Positions 1-12,854 of a stretch of DNA of 64,000 bases are shown one piece after another. The notes under the pieces are model-generated. The model saw only the letters and a list, made by a program, of their open reading frames with translations. It ran no database searches and was not told the DNA's origin. The stretch's first letter is position 1; each line of letters opens with the position of its first letter. Both the position numbers and the translations under genes were made by a program. The stretch is from Priapulus caudatus. Taxonomy: Eukaryota. The stretch is taken from the NCBI RefSeq assembly GCF_000485595.1, contig NW_014577079.1, forward strand, positions 242,826 through 306,825, read 5' to 3'.

Positions 1-125
1 AAGCGATGAAGGCGATAGCGATGTAAGGTGTGCCGTCATTTGTAGACGATTATTTTTATCGGGTGATCGTCCAAATCAAACAGTTGATTTTACCGATGAG
101 CGATGAGCGATGAGAGCCGATTTAA

Positions 126-201
126 GGCCGCCGCACACCTACCTCTGCTTCATCGCTTCATGCCGCTTCATCGTTGTAAAATCGGCTGGTGTGCGGCGGC
201 C
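126..201. mobile_element. Tiny PIF/Harbinger-like MITE
   Basis: TIR GGCCGCCGCACAC / GTGTGCGGCGGCC flanked by TAA and TTA. Confidence 0.5.
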
Positions 202-1380
202 TTATACGTATTACGTTATTATTACGTATTAATAGCTAAGGTATTATTAGCTCTTGATTATACTGTGCTGCGCACTGCTGCACTTGGTGATATTCCAGTA
301 TATTAAAATAATCAACAGCTACATTATTACAGTTCTTGATATATATATATATTATACTATCTATAATATAAAATAAATATATATATATACACAAGACCCG
401 CTAGAATGCAGCAGAAAACAACGTTTCAAAATTGAGTGTAACACATTATTTTATGTCGGTAGACGGTAGAGTGTCCGTGTGCGAACGTACTCGCGGGTAT
501 GGATGAGTAAGAACTGCATTCTATAGAATGCTGACTAGTCATTGACTTTTTATTAAAAAATTTCTCGATAGTAACGGAGGCGCGTAGCTACTAATGTTCG
601 CGGTGGGACTACGGGGAATTGCTCATGTTCTGGATGTGCAACGATAGTGCGTTTGAAAGCTGAAAAAGGCTGAACATTTCCATGCGCCACCTTCAATTAC
701 CATATCTCTTGTGGACACATTTTGGTTTCNNNNNNNNNNNNNNNNNNNNNNNNNNNNNNNNNNNNNNNNNNNNNNNNNNNNNNNNNNNNNNNNNNNNNNN
801 NNNNNNNNNNNNNNNNNNNNNNNNNNNNNNNNNNNNNNNNNNNNNNNNNNNNNNNNNNNNNNNNNNNNNNNNNNNNNNNNNNNNNNNNNNNNNNNNNNNN
901 NNNNNNNNNNNNNNNNNNNNNNNNNNNNNNNNNNNNNNNNNNAAACAAAATTTTACGTTTATAATCGTAGCAACAGACCTCAGATGAGCCCAGACGCTCT
1001 GCGGCTCTTGTTATTAAAACATTTCTCGATAGTAACGGAGGCGCGGAGCTCGTAGCTACTAATGTTCGCGGTGGGACTACGGGGAATTGCTCATGTTCTG
1101 GATGTGCAACGATAGTGCGTTTGAAAGCTGAAAAAGGCTGAACATTTCCATGCGCCACCTTCAATTACCATATCTCTTGTGGACACATTTTGGTTCCGTT
1201 ATCACGCGAATAATGGAATATGAGCCTCGGGATTACATCTCACCTTGAGTATATATATATTATACATATATATTCAATAAAAAAAGTCTGGCTGTTTACG
1301 ATCATTATACTTACATATATACGAAAGTTTTGCTGATGCATCTGATCTGGTGTGACGTGTAAGGAGAGCTACGCTAATAA

Positions 1381-2624
1381 TACCCCCTTCACATACACGG
1401 ATTTTTCTTACGAGTCCTTACGGATCGCACAATTCGTAAAAGTACACGGATCCTTACGATTTGGCCACTTTTACGAGCGATTTACGTGTTATTACGAGCT
1501 AATTACGGTTTATTACGGATTATTACGAGTTATTACGATGTATTTACGGCAATATTCCACGATTTGTTATGAGTTGTCACGGATAACTACGATCAACTTA
1601 CGAGCATTTTACGAACTTTTACGGATTGTTACGGATATATTACGATTCATCGAAGCTTTTACGTGTTAGTTGCGACCTGTTTACGTGTTGTTACGAATAG
1701 GTACGAGTTAGTTACGAGTATTTACGAGTCCTTACGATTTTTTGGCAAAAAGTATATAAAAATCCTGCAAATCTGGCTAACTCTCCATTAGGAGTGTTCC
1801 CAACTTTGATATCATTAATGATTAATGATTGATAATCCAAACCCTAACCCTAACCCTAACCTAAATGACATTAAACCACAAACTAATATATGACCATGAC
1901 CATATATATATATCAGCTATATGATAACATAACATGAATATATATGTATATGTTATTATGATCATTAATGACATTAAAGTTGGGAACACTCCTAATGGAG
2001 TATCACCCGCAAATCTCAATCTATCATCAACTGACATCTAGAGAGACAACATGGCATATGAGAGAACAACTCTTGATAACAACTGAAAATGACGTGTTCG
2101 ATTTTGCAGCTTTTCCCAAATCGTAAACAATACGTAAGAATACGTATCTATTCGTAAAGTGCTCGTAATAACTCGTAACAATCCGTAAAGCCATCGTAAC
2201 ACGATTCGAATGAAATCGTAAACAACACGTAAGCACTCGTAATAATCCGTAAATAATCCGTAAACAAATCGTAAACTAACCATAGCAAATCGTAACAAAA
2301 ATTGTTACGAGTCATTTATGGATTCTTGCGAGCAGTTTACGGATGGTTACGTGTTGTTGCGAGCGGTTTACGATACTTACGGATTGTTACGAGTTATTTG
2401 CGGAAAAAATCAATCCGTGGACACTCGTCAGAAGGTTTTTGACATGTCAAAAAATTTGCCTCTTCTTTCACGGATCCTTACGAGTGTCTGCGAGTTGTGA
2501 CGAGTTAATACGGATACCTGCGAGTTATTTACGGATGCTTGCGATTGACTCTGCTTGCGGATGCTTGAGTTGGCGATCCGTAAGGACTCGTAAGAAAAAT
2601 CCGTGGGTATTAAAATGGGGGGTA
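1381..2624. mobile_element. Non-autonomous TIR element (Harbinger-like) with internal TTACG/CGTAA arrays
   Basis: ~48 bp TIR (TACCCCC...CACGGATTTTTCTTACGAGTCCTTACGGATCGC) and its inverse at 2574-2624. TAA/TTA flanks. Confidence 0.75.
1775..2008. mobile_element. Nested MITE with (CCCTAA)n core, 8-bp TSD GCAAATCT
   Basis: TIR core CTCCATTAGGAGTGTTCCCAACTTT. TSD at 1767-1774 and 2009-2016. GG...CC termini (Merlin-like). Confidence 0.8.
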
Positions 2625-4399
2625 TTAAATTGATTGTAGATATTAAGGCCCATTTATTATTAGGGTATTATAATTGGGTATTCTGGTATTAAAGCCCATC
2701 AAGACAGTGTTAGGCATGTACGATAGTGTCGCGTGGTTTCGGATGATAGACGACGGCGAGTAGTAACGTATATTGACCTCTTGGAATGAACACATCTATG
2801 CGAATTGTTACACGAATTATAGATGTACTCATGTGTTTACGAACCGGAAAGGTCGTAACGGCAGCCATATTATGATTTTTTGCGTTAGATTTCGAAATCA
2901 GCGCTCCTCAGTCCACAGTTATTTAGTTTCCCTTGATTAATTTCCTCCTATTCTCCTCGCGCACCCGTTATAAAAGTAGACTAATGCTGGACGGGGAATT
3001 ATTTTGTTCTGTAAGTTAAGAAATTACGAGATGTATGGTTAAAAAATGTTCGAAAATCCGTCAAACTGGATTTAGATGAGTATGTCTTGGCGTGTATCGG
3101 TATATGTTAGTTTCAGCATTATACTCAGTTAAATATTGCCGCACTTAAGCACAATACCAATATATCTTGTAGCAGTAGCATGAATAACCTCACTTTAACC
3201 TTTAAATAATGATAAAAAATGGAGAAGGCGTCATCATTTAGGTCCGATCAAATCTGATGCGCATTTGACACGACTGTCGCATCAAAAAAAGCAGTGAGCG
3301 ACGTCATCCAGCTTTGCGGCTTCACATCTCCGACGACCTGCCAGCTCTGAGCAGGTGGTTGTTTTCACGATGGTCACGAGAATTAGCCGGTTCATATACG
3401 CACGCAAATTTGACTCGGTGCGCTCGCACTTGATTCGTGATTCGACTCGGCTAAATGTCAATTCGAAGATGTTTTGCGGTTCGGCTAAAACTCAATTCGA
3501 AGATTTTCGAAACTGGCAGCTGAGCGACTGTTCGGCATGCAGGCGAGGAAGCGTGGCACCGTAGCGGCATATCGATCATATATAAAACTCACGGTTTCGT
3601 TGTGAGGATTGGTACCAGCGGAGCTCATCCCATATTACCGTGTGTGAGAGGGAAAAACCTGCAGTGAAAATAACGGCTTAACTGATGTCACGGCAAGAAC
3701 GATCGGCATTCCGAAAACCAAGAGGTGCCGAAGACCTTTTTTGCTTTTAGTTGCTTCGAGTTGCTTCGAATTGCTTTCATCTTCTTACAGTTGCCTTTAG
3801 TTAATTAATTCCAGTTTGTTCTTATTGCTTCCAGTTGCTTCCAGTTGTCTTATGTTGCTTCTAGTTGCTCTCAGTTGCTTTCGGTCAGTCAGTCCGCTTA
3901 GTTTAATCAGTCAGATGTTTTTAATTAGATGCTTGACGTGCATTACGGATGACTGCTGGTAGTTCCTGATTGACAGGGAATGCCGACTCGATGCTATAGC
4001 GACTACATGAAACAGCAGCGAGTTGTCAGAAGCGTATCAAGTAGTACAATGGCTTCCCAAATATAAAATGTCATACACTGTGATAGTGAAATGTCGTGTA
4101 AAAGTTGACATTTTAGACTTACATGACAGTCACAACTATTTATGAGGTTTTTGACAACGGGTCCCTGACTTTGGCTACAAAGTCCGAATTCTGGACTATT
4201 TTTTTGACAATATAGAGAATTCCCCGTCGTTAGATATTATTATCTTAATCCCACTTTTTTTTCTGTTGTACGTACAACCATCACCAGGACAGATGATAAT
4301 TGGTAAAAGATATATAGATATAGATATAAAATATATAGATAAAAGATGTAGATAAATTCGATAGATACATGATATCAGGAGTAGATAATAGGGATCTCC

Positions 4400-5379
4400 A
4401 GTTTGAACTTTTCACGTTCGATACCGTCAGACTCCATCTGTAAATTTTGAAACAGTGATATGCCAGTTCCGTGAAAGGCACCTCGAGCAGTTGTTGAACT
4501 GGGATTGTGATCCAGATTGTCCACTGCACCTGTAGTGAATAGATTTTCCCTCAGGACAAGAGGGCAGACAACTCCATCCACTTCATATTGTCGACTTGCT
4601 GCACAAACCATGTCCTTTGCTATATTAAGAACTCTGTCATATGAGATTGACAATCTCAGATGAAACAAGGTGTCCACAAGTTCGCGTTTCCGAGTATGGC
4701 CGTGAATCATCATGCCAATATAGATTGGTAGGGGAGTTTCTCTGTCTTTATTGTGGTGTGTCGCAGTGGACCCTGGGTGCTGTCTCGCATAACTGTTGTA
4801 CTTCAACAACTGGGCAATACTAAGTGCTGCTTGCCTAGCCTCGTGTGTCTCTTTCTTGGCAATGTTCGGTCCATCCATTATCATGCTAATCAAAGGCACT
4901 AGGTTTCTGGGGACAGAATCTTCTTGACAGCCACGTAAACATAGAAAAATACAGACAACAGGAAAATAATAAAAAAACAGATGGGATTTGATCCAACGAC
5001 ATTTCAGCCGTGTCGTCTCTGCTCTAGGCGTTCAGCCACTGGGGAATGACCCGTCAAACTGGTCGTTTGTCTTCAGCATTTCACGGCAGATGATGTTGGC
5101 AGCTTTTGCCAGACAAATGGTCTCGTCATCATCGTCATCCAAACATGCATCAAGCAACGCGTGTCCAACATCATCGTCACAGCTGAGCATGATGTCTCTG
5201 CCTTGCTTGTAGGCGCAGAGTTCTGGTATGTTGTCAAGTATTCGATTTTTCAAATGGCTGTCAAGATGATTCTGTCCCCAGAAACCTAGTGCTTTTGATT
5301 AGCATGATAATGGATGCACCCAACATTGCCAAGAAAGAGACACACGAGGCTAGGCAAGCAGCACTTAGTATTGCCCAGT
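4400..5379 (-). pseudogene. Rearranged fragment of a transposase-like large protein found in repeat families of marine invertebrates
   Basis: ORFs 5253-5032 and 4899-4375 encode RETPLPIYIG..HGHTRKRELVDTL..LSISYDRV..DNLDHNPSSTTARGAFHGTGISLFQ. Intronless, truncated, interrupted. Superfamily not determined. Confidence 0.6.
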
Positions 5380-5985
5380 NNNNNNNNNNCTCCTGCTCCG
5401 GCACCTGCTCCTGCTTCCTGCCCCGCTCCTCGCTGCTCCTTCTCCTGCCCTCCATCCTCCTCCTCCTCCTCCCTTCCTCCTTCTCCTCCTCCTCCTCCTT
5501 CTCCTCCTCCTTCTTCTTACCTGCTCTTCCTTCTCCCGTTCTCTCCCCAACTACTGTTTTTCCTCCTTCCCTTTCTTCCTCATGTTTTTCTCAGCGTTCA
5601 CTTTCTTCCTGTCTCGCTCAACGTCACCAGCAGTAGCCCCACCTCAGTCGATGCTCTGAACGACAGAGCAACAGAAGCAGCTTTCACGGTCCAGCTAGGT
5701 GTAGGAATCGGAATATAGCTATCTGATAAGCGAGATTACTTTTCTCTATCATCGCGCACACGCACATATACGCTCGCGCAACAGGCACCACACATACACG
5801 CCGCGCATACGTACACGCAATCACCGCGCTCACACGCGCACGCAATGCACACACACCCACCCACACCACACACAACACACATCATGTGCCCACCCCCCGC
5901 TCAACACGCACACGCCACATCACAGGACACACACACACACATACAACACAACACACGCACACACACAACGCACACGCACACGGCA

Positions 5986-6026
<41 letters not shown>

Positions 6027-6102
6027 CACACATACACATCACCAACACCGCGCGCGCGCGCACAGACACATGAGCGGCCGACGACTACGGATAGAGCGTG
6101 AA

Positions 6103-7809
6103 ACTACTAATAAATATATATTTGAGTTTCGTATGTTATGTATGTATTGTGATGCTATGGATGTATGTATGTATGTATGTATGTTATGTATGTTATGTAT
6201 GTATGTATGTATGTATGATGTATATGTATTATTTATGATGTATGTAGTATGTATGTATTGATGTTATGTAGTATTATTAAGTATGTATGTATGTATGTAT
6301 GTATGTTATGTATGTATGTATGTATGTTATGTATTATGATTTATGTATGTTATGTATGTTATGTATGTCATGATGTATTATTTATGTATGATGTAGCATA
6401 TATGTATGTATGTACTGTATGCATGTATGTATGCTATGTTATGTAAATGTATGTATGTATTATGTAGTGTGTATTGTATGTAATGTAGTATGTATGTATG
6501 TATTTTATGTTAGTAGTTATGTATTGTATGTATGTATGTATGTATTATTATCGATGTATGTATGATGTATGTAGTATTATGTTATGTGTGAAGTGTATTA
6601 TGTTATGTATAGTATGTAGTATTATGTATTTATGTATGTAGCATGATGTATAGTATGTATGTATGTATGTATAGTTATGTATGTATGTATGTATTATGTA
6701 TGTATGTATGAGTATGTAGTAGTATAGTATGTATGTTATTTATAATTGTATTATGTATGTATGTATGCGTGTATGTAGATGTATGTATCTATGTATTGTA
6801 CTGTATGTTAGATTAATGTATGCTTGTTATTGTATTGTATGTATGTATGTATGTATGTATGGATGTATGCATGTATGTATCTTCCCTATAGGCGGCCAAA
6901 CCGCCCAAGCGATCTGGATGCAATTTTCACAGGGCCATCTGTTATACCCGGGGAGTGTTCCTAGACGAAAAAAATCTGTCAAACCGTCAAACTCACCGAA
7001 AAATCCGTGAAAAACCCCTGAATTCGTGAAACTTCAGACAATGTCCGCACTCACTGTACAGTGCTGCCACACACAGAAAACCTATGACTATTTCTTGCCC
7101 TCACCTCATGATCTCATCAGCTGCTGGTATTGTGAAACCGAAAGCGAAACCAATACTAAAACAGAGCATAACCAGGACCAGTTCAGAGGTACTACTCACT
7201 CTGAGTTGAGAGTTTCAGTTCAGATGCTACGATCTCAGAATGCATTGTACCATTCCAAAGCTATGCATTTTCTGATTCAATAGAAAAATCTCTTAATTTC
7301 AATGTGCATGGTTGCGCGCCAAGCATTCACTAGACAATATCCAGTGGACACAGACCCCACTCGCTGGCCTGTCTCTATCTATACTATATATGCAAATTCT
7401 TTTATTCGTGGTACGATCTCACAATGGATAGCTGTACATGGAGAGCTCAACAGTTGGATACGCCAGGAATCTCTACATATTTGCACCAGAGAATAACACG
7501 AATTCAAGAATAAGACAGAGACAGAGAACAACACGAATAACACGAATTCAAGAATGAGACAGAGAATAAGAGAATTTACACCATATTACTATTATGTCCC
7601 AGGGGTTCTAAGTTGGGTTGTGCTGTTATATAAATTTCATACGTAACAGTTTTTTCCCATGCTTATTATCTTATTAGACCGATTTCTAAATATTGATATT
7701 GTGTGCAATGTTATTGTCGATTTTTACCCAATGTTCCTATTGTATCCCATTATTGGTAGTATGAATTAGTAGCACGATTTTACCCAGCGCAGCGGGTACC
7801 TGCAGCTAG
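6103..7809 (+). mobile_element. Non-autonomous Helitron with (TATG)n near the 5' end
   Basis: 3' hairpin TACCC-AGCGCAGC-GGGTA followed by CTAG|T at 7806-7810. Long TATG microsatellite 6130-6880. The 5' boundary is approximate. Confidence 0.55.
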
Positions 7810-8786
7810 TATAATATAAATTACAAAATTACTAGACAATAAATATAATATGATAGGTGAAACCTGAATTATTAACTTTTTTTGGTTTACTTGATAGTAT
7901 AAGAATTATAGTACACATGACATTTATTACCGCAAACACAACGAGAAACTGAATTAAACGTAATAACACTGCTGTTATTACTAGTGGGTTTTCTCCACTC
8001 TCCCTCCGACAATCGCGGAGGATGCGTGGGTGGTGTAGAGCGCAGGTCGACTTACGGCTATAGTCGTACGTGTTGTTATTGGAAATGTGAGTCAGCATAT
8101 TGCCTCTGAATCGACTTTGGTTCCAAGCAACGATGCTGTTGTTATTTTTGTACTGTGAAAAGGGTTGTTGTTTCCGCTCCGGCATCGTAGCATCGTAGCG
8201 TGATGCGTAATACGTAGATGATTGCAACAAGGAGTAGAGATGATCCATCGTAGCAGATTGTTATTGAAGACTGATTTTATTAGTCACTCGAACACTCACT
8301 CAAAATATATACATACGGCAACTTAGGTGGGTGACCGTGCCTAGGTCCCGTCGTCTCCGTTTTCGTCTATCTCTCTACATCGTCGTATCTCTTCTGGGTA
8401 ATAACTCGGTAACTGTCTGCCCGAGCGTGTCTATTAATATGATTCCCAAAACCGCCCGGCGACATTTGAATCCGACCGGTTCTTCATCATTATCGGCCAG
8501 ACCTTGCGGGGCTAGGAGACGCGTGAGGCTACGCATTATATATAGTGCCGTACATCACGCGTCATTACCAAAACAACAACGAACCACCAGGCCAGAACAC
8601 ATGCCAATTATAAATAACAAAGTTACTCAAAATTTCCTCAATTTTTACTCAACCGTGCAAGTTTGAAACGTACCGCTGACGTTTCCAACATGCCAATTAG
8701 TTCCACTGCCTCGCCCAGCTAGAAGCGCTCCTGGATAATTACAACGCACATGTACTATACAATATTAATACGAGCGTGTTATTTAC

Positions 8787-9252
8787 GCTCAAGGGGTCGT
8801 TGTCGTATCAGGTACTACAGATATGTACCCGAGGTACATATACGTATACACAAAGTGTACCAGACTTGTACTACAGAAGTGAACCCTAACCCTAACACTA
8901 ACCCTAACCCTAACCCTATCCCTAACCCTAACCCTCACCTCGGTACCTATACCTCGGGTACATATCTGTAGTACCTGATACGACAACGACCCCATCTGCG
9001 TTATTTACGCTCAATGGGTCGTTGTCGTATCAGGTACTACAGATATGTACCCGAGGTACATATATGTATACACAAAGTGTACCAGACTTGTACTACAGAA
9101 GTGTACCCTAACCCTAACCCTAGCCCTAACCCTAACCCTAACCTTAACCGTAAACATACCTCATATAAAAAATAATCCTATACCTAAACAAAGCCTAAAA
9201 CTACCTTCGGGTACATATATGTAGTACCTGATACGACAACGACCCCATCTGC
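8787..9252. mobile_element. Two tandem MITEs (8787-8999, 9009-9252) with (CCCTAA)n core and 9-bp TSD GTTATTTAC
   Basis: ~50 bp TIR GGGGTCGTTGTCGTATCAGGTACTACAGATATGTACCCGAGGTA. TSD present three times (8778, 9000, 9253). Mutator/Merlin-like. Confidence 0.85.
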
Positions 9253-9562
9253 GTTATTTACTCGCCTGCGTGCTGTCATAAGGCCCTCTGCCGCTATTCG
9301 AAATTTAAAGGTGACGTGACCCTCGATCGCACGAATACCCACTAAAATTGCGTGCCACGTTAACCCCTGACATTAATTCGATCCGTATATGGACACGCCT
9401 GTTAGAGCAGAAAGTGCCGTTTGATGAATTTTTTCGTTTTTTCCCATGCGCGCAAAAAACGACGAGTTACATGTCTAATCTAGTAGAATTGGTGGCAGCA
9501 TGTCAGGTTAAGCGGTGGCAGCACCCTCTGTTCAATGCTATAGTTTACGAGCTGAGAGGGTT

Positions 9563-9892
9563 CTATATGTCCCCCGGGTAGCTGCCGGAAGCGTACCCTG
9601 GGTACGCGCGCGGTATAACCGAGAACGTACCCTGGTAACTATCTAATATATCCACGACCGGTACCGCGCTCGCCCTACTTCCACTACAGAGGTCTAGGGA
9701 TGCGGCCTACGCCTACTCTCTAGGCTCCGACCCGAACCCTAACCCTAGAAGGTCCTAATCTCTATACGCCTAACCATAACCCTAAACCTACATCCTATAC
9801 CCTAACCATATCAATAGTGGACGCAGGGTAGCTTCGGTATAGCCGGACCGTACCGCAGGTACGTTCCGGCAAGTAACCCCCTGGGACATAGA
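9563..9892. mobile_element. Degenerate TIR element with CCCTAA-like core
   Basis: CTATATGTCCCCCGGGTAGCTGCCGGAAGCGTACC vs inverse GGTACGTTCCGGCAAGTAACCCCCTGGGACATAG. Confidence 0.55.
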
Positions 9893-10725
9893 CGCCTATG
9901 AGGCGCTATATTACGGGTCGATAACCATAGCTGTTCGCGTGATGTGAGTGGTATCAGGAGCTGCTAATAAATGGACAATTAATTTGTGCATTATTAGCCT
10001 CCATGTGTATGTTCATAGTCGAAATATTTATATAGTTAATGCCTGCTCTTGGGGGCACTATGCTCATCATAGTGTTGCTGAGGAGATNNNNNNNNNNNNN
10101 NNNNNNNNNNNNAAATTACGAGCGTTATCATCGCAGAACGCCCGACACCGCCCATCCTGTTCACAAAGCTATTATGTATACCCCGTCAGACCAGGGTGCG
10201 TCCTTACTGCGCCTGCCTACGCGACGGAAAATGGGCCAGAGCGCCCGCCAGTCGCCATAAGCGTGGTATTAAGCGTGGTGGAAACGCCAGAGCATCGTGT
10301 GTTTTGGTCGCATGGTCGCCAATGATTCGACGATGTCACGGCGTTTGCTTTGAGCGTTTCAAACAAACGCGAACGCGTTCGGCGATTCTGGACTGGAACG
10401 CGGTGGGGTCGCACGAAGGTCGCTGCAGACAAGCCGTCGCTAACCATCTCATGAACTGTAGTACACGACGCGAGTACACCGCGTGCCATAAGACGCTGCG
10501 AAATGCGTAACCATTGCAACGTGGCGAAGTTCATTGCGATCTGTCTTCATCAATTTGCCGATCTGTTTCATGCCGCAATCTGTCTCGGCCACGGCCACGC
10601 CCACCGCGCCTCTGGTAGCCTTAGTTTCTCTGCATCGTGTTTCTACTCAGCAAACGCACCAAACATATACAGTTAAACATTATCTGAAAATTCGATCCAG
10701 CTCTCATATAGGTGCGCCGTGAGAA

Positions 10726-10740
10726 CCCCCCCCACCCCCG

Positions 10741-10780
<40 letters not shown>

Positions 10781-10805
10781 CAAAACGCCCCCCCCCCAAA
10801 ATAAA

Positions 10806-10853
<48 letters not shown>

Positions 10854-10877
10854 CCCAAAAAAATAAAAATAAAAAAA

Positions 10878-10926
<49 letters not shown>
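10726..10926. repeat. poly-C tracts (low-quality sequence)
   Basis: Direct reading. Confidence 0.8.
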
Positions 10927-12718
10927 TGGTAGAAACGCCGTGAGGTCGGCCCGTCGCAGGTCGCGCATAAAAACGTAATGAAGAGCGTGGGTAAGAACCC
11001 CATGAGCGTGGTGAGAGCTCGCGCGGAACGCCGGTGATTCGCCGTTGCCAAGCCCATAGATTCAATAGTAAAACGCCCATAACGCGCAGGGGAGAGTCGT
11101 GGCGGCGCGCCGTGAGACCGCGGTTATGATCGCCATAGGTCGCGGTAAGCAGCGCGTTTTTTCTTTTTTTTTGATCAAGTTTGTGATTATGTTGATGGAA
11201 CGTTGTTCTCGGCTTGTGTTCATGTTTGCGGGCGACCTCTGTTACATTTCTCTGAGTCGCCGTACGGTCGCGCGGATGCGCTCGCCGCTCCATGCTATGA
11301 CCTGGGGTTATAAACAAACAGCGCTTGTGTGCTGAGGTGGACTGCCTCCCGATATCCATTTCGTCCACGGCCGCATTAAGCCAAGCGCATAAAGCGCGCG
11401 GGAAGACGTCACAACACACAGCTACGTTCATTGCCTAAAGAACAACGAGTTAGCGCGGTCAGGGATTTCGAAATTCTTTAATTTTAAGAAAAACAACATT
11501 TTAGCAATGTTCAATGAATGACGCACTCGTTCACTTCCGAAAGCGGGTAAAAATGCCGAATTTTTCCACTTCGATGCAAAATGCATCGGCCGGGCCTTTC
11601 ATTATTTACGAAAAGCAAACGGTCTCGCCAAACACCTACACGCAGTATAGCTGGTCACGTCGTTGACGCCCCATTTAGTGTCAATCAACGAAGAAGGCGG
11701 GGCTTATTCTGATTACGGAGATGCGAAAATGCAACATAAAGGACGCCGTTTTTGTGCCAAAGTTCCAAACTCTATCGTAGGAAACCGTTCTAGCCTAGCA
11801 GAATGCCCTAGCTGGTTCTTGAGATCGGCGATTCCGTACCTCAATGGGTACCCACCTTTGAAATTATAACGGAGAGGTGCGGCGTACGCTGTGATTGGAA
11901 GACACAAAGTGTCAATCCTCGGCGCGCCTCGGCATCATGGCCGCATCACGTCAAGATGACGCGTGTGTGAGTTATTTAGCAGGCACGCCTACGGCCTACC
12001 TTGTGCCCATCTAGTATATACGCAGCTGCACTGCGCGTGGCTGGGCGTGAAAGCATCAGGAGAGTTATGCCTGACGAGATGTAATCATTTGGACTTTTAT
12101 TTACACAGCCAGTTACCGCTACATTAAAAGCTATACGTCGCAGCTAAGTACACAATCCGCTGCAGCCTGCAGCATTCCGATCAGAAATGCGCTCTATTAG
12201 CCGAGCCTGTGCGATGAGTGAGTGAGCGAGCGCGAACACATTTATAGGTCGCTTTAATGCTGGCGACATACACCGGCCGCGGCTTATAACCACGGAAGAG
12301 CTTTTCACTGGACGCGCATCAGCACGTGTTTAATGGCTACGTAGCTGGTAACGCGGCTATAACACTTCAGCTCCTGCATGGTGAATCGAGAGGCGGGGAG
12401 AAGTGTGTGTTCGCGCGCGTGCGTGCGTGCGTGCGTGCGCGCGCGTGTACGTGTATCGGCTCGTGCTAGTATACCGCGCGTGTGAAGTCAGCGCCGGTAT
12501 CACCGTTTGATTGGTCGAAGCGACGCCGCGCATATGTTAGCGCGGGGGGGGGGGGGCGTTTAAAGCGTAAATACAGGCGAGAAGCCGATGCGATGAGGTT
12601 AAGCCACACACTCCCCGCCAGGAGTGAGCACAGCGAGTGAATTACCGATTCCGTTACACTTGGACTTTCCGCGAAGTCTCGCGAAGCTAACGCGTCGCAA
12701 CACTCGAAGACTGCAATC

Positions 12719-12854
12719 ATGAAGTACTACATGTATACGGTATGAAATCGCAAAAATGGTTCTTCGAGAGTGTGTACCGTCCGTATACGTACTCGAGTTG
12801 CATTAGCAATTGCTTGATTTATGTGTTGCACACTGTGTCTGAGAGTGCTCACAG
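12719..12854 (+). CDS. Candidate first exon of PLD3-like gene (error-prone sequence)
   Basis: Strong donor CAG|GTAAGC at 12855 upstream of the first TM-exon copy. Reads ...LHTVSESAH before the donor. The frame is not clean, so start and phase are uncertain. Confidence 0.3.

Noticed and set aside
559..1196. ~170-bp direct repeat (559-729 vs 1012-1196)
   Set aside because: Flanks an N-gap. Most likely an unmerged contig overlap or allelic stutter.
4975..5040. tRNA gene
   Set aside because: Only degenerate A/B-box-like motifs, with no complete cloverleaf. At most a SINE fragment.
5289..7010. Ser/Pro-, His/Thr- and Met/Tyr/Val/Cys-rich ORFs
   Set aside because: Translations of CT, CA and TATG microsatellites.
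10621..11431. Poly-Gly / poly-Pro ORFs
   Set aside because: Derived from poly-C runs in low-quality sequence.
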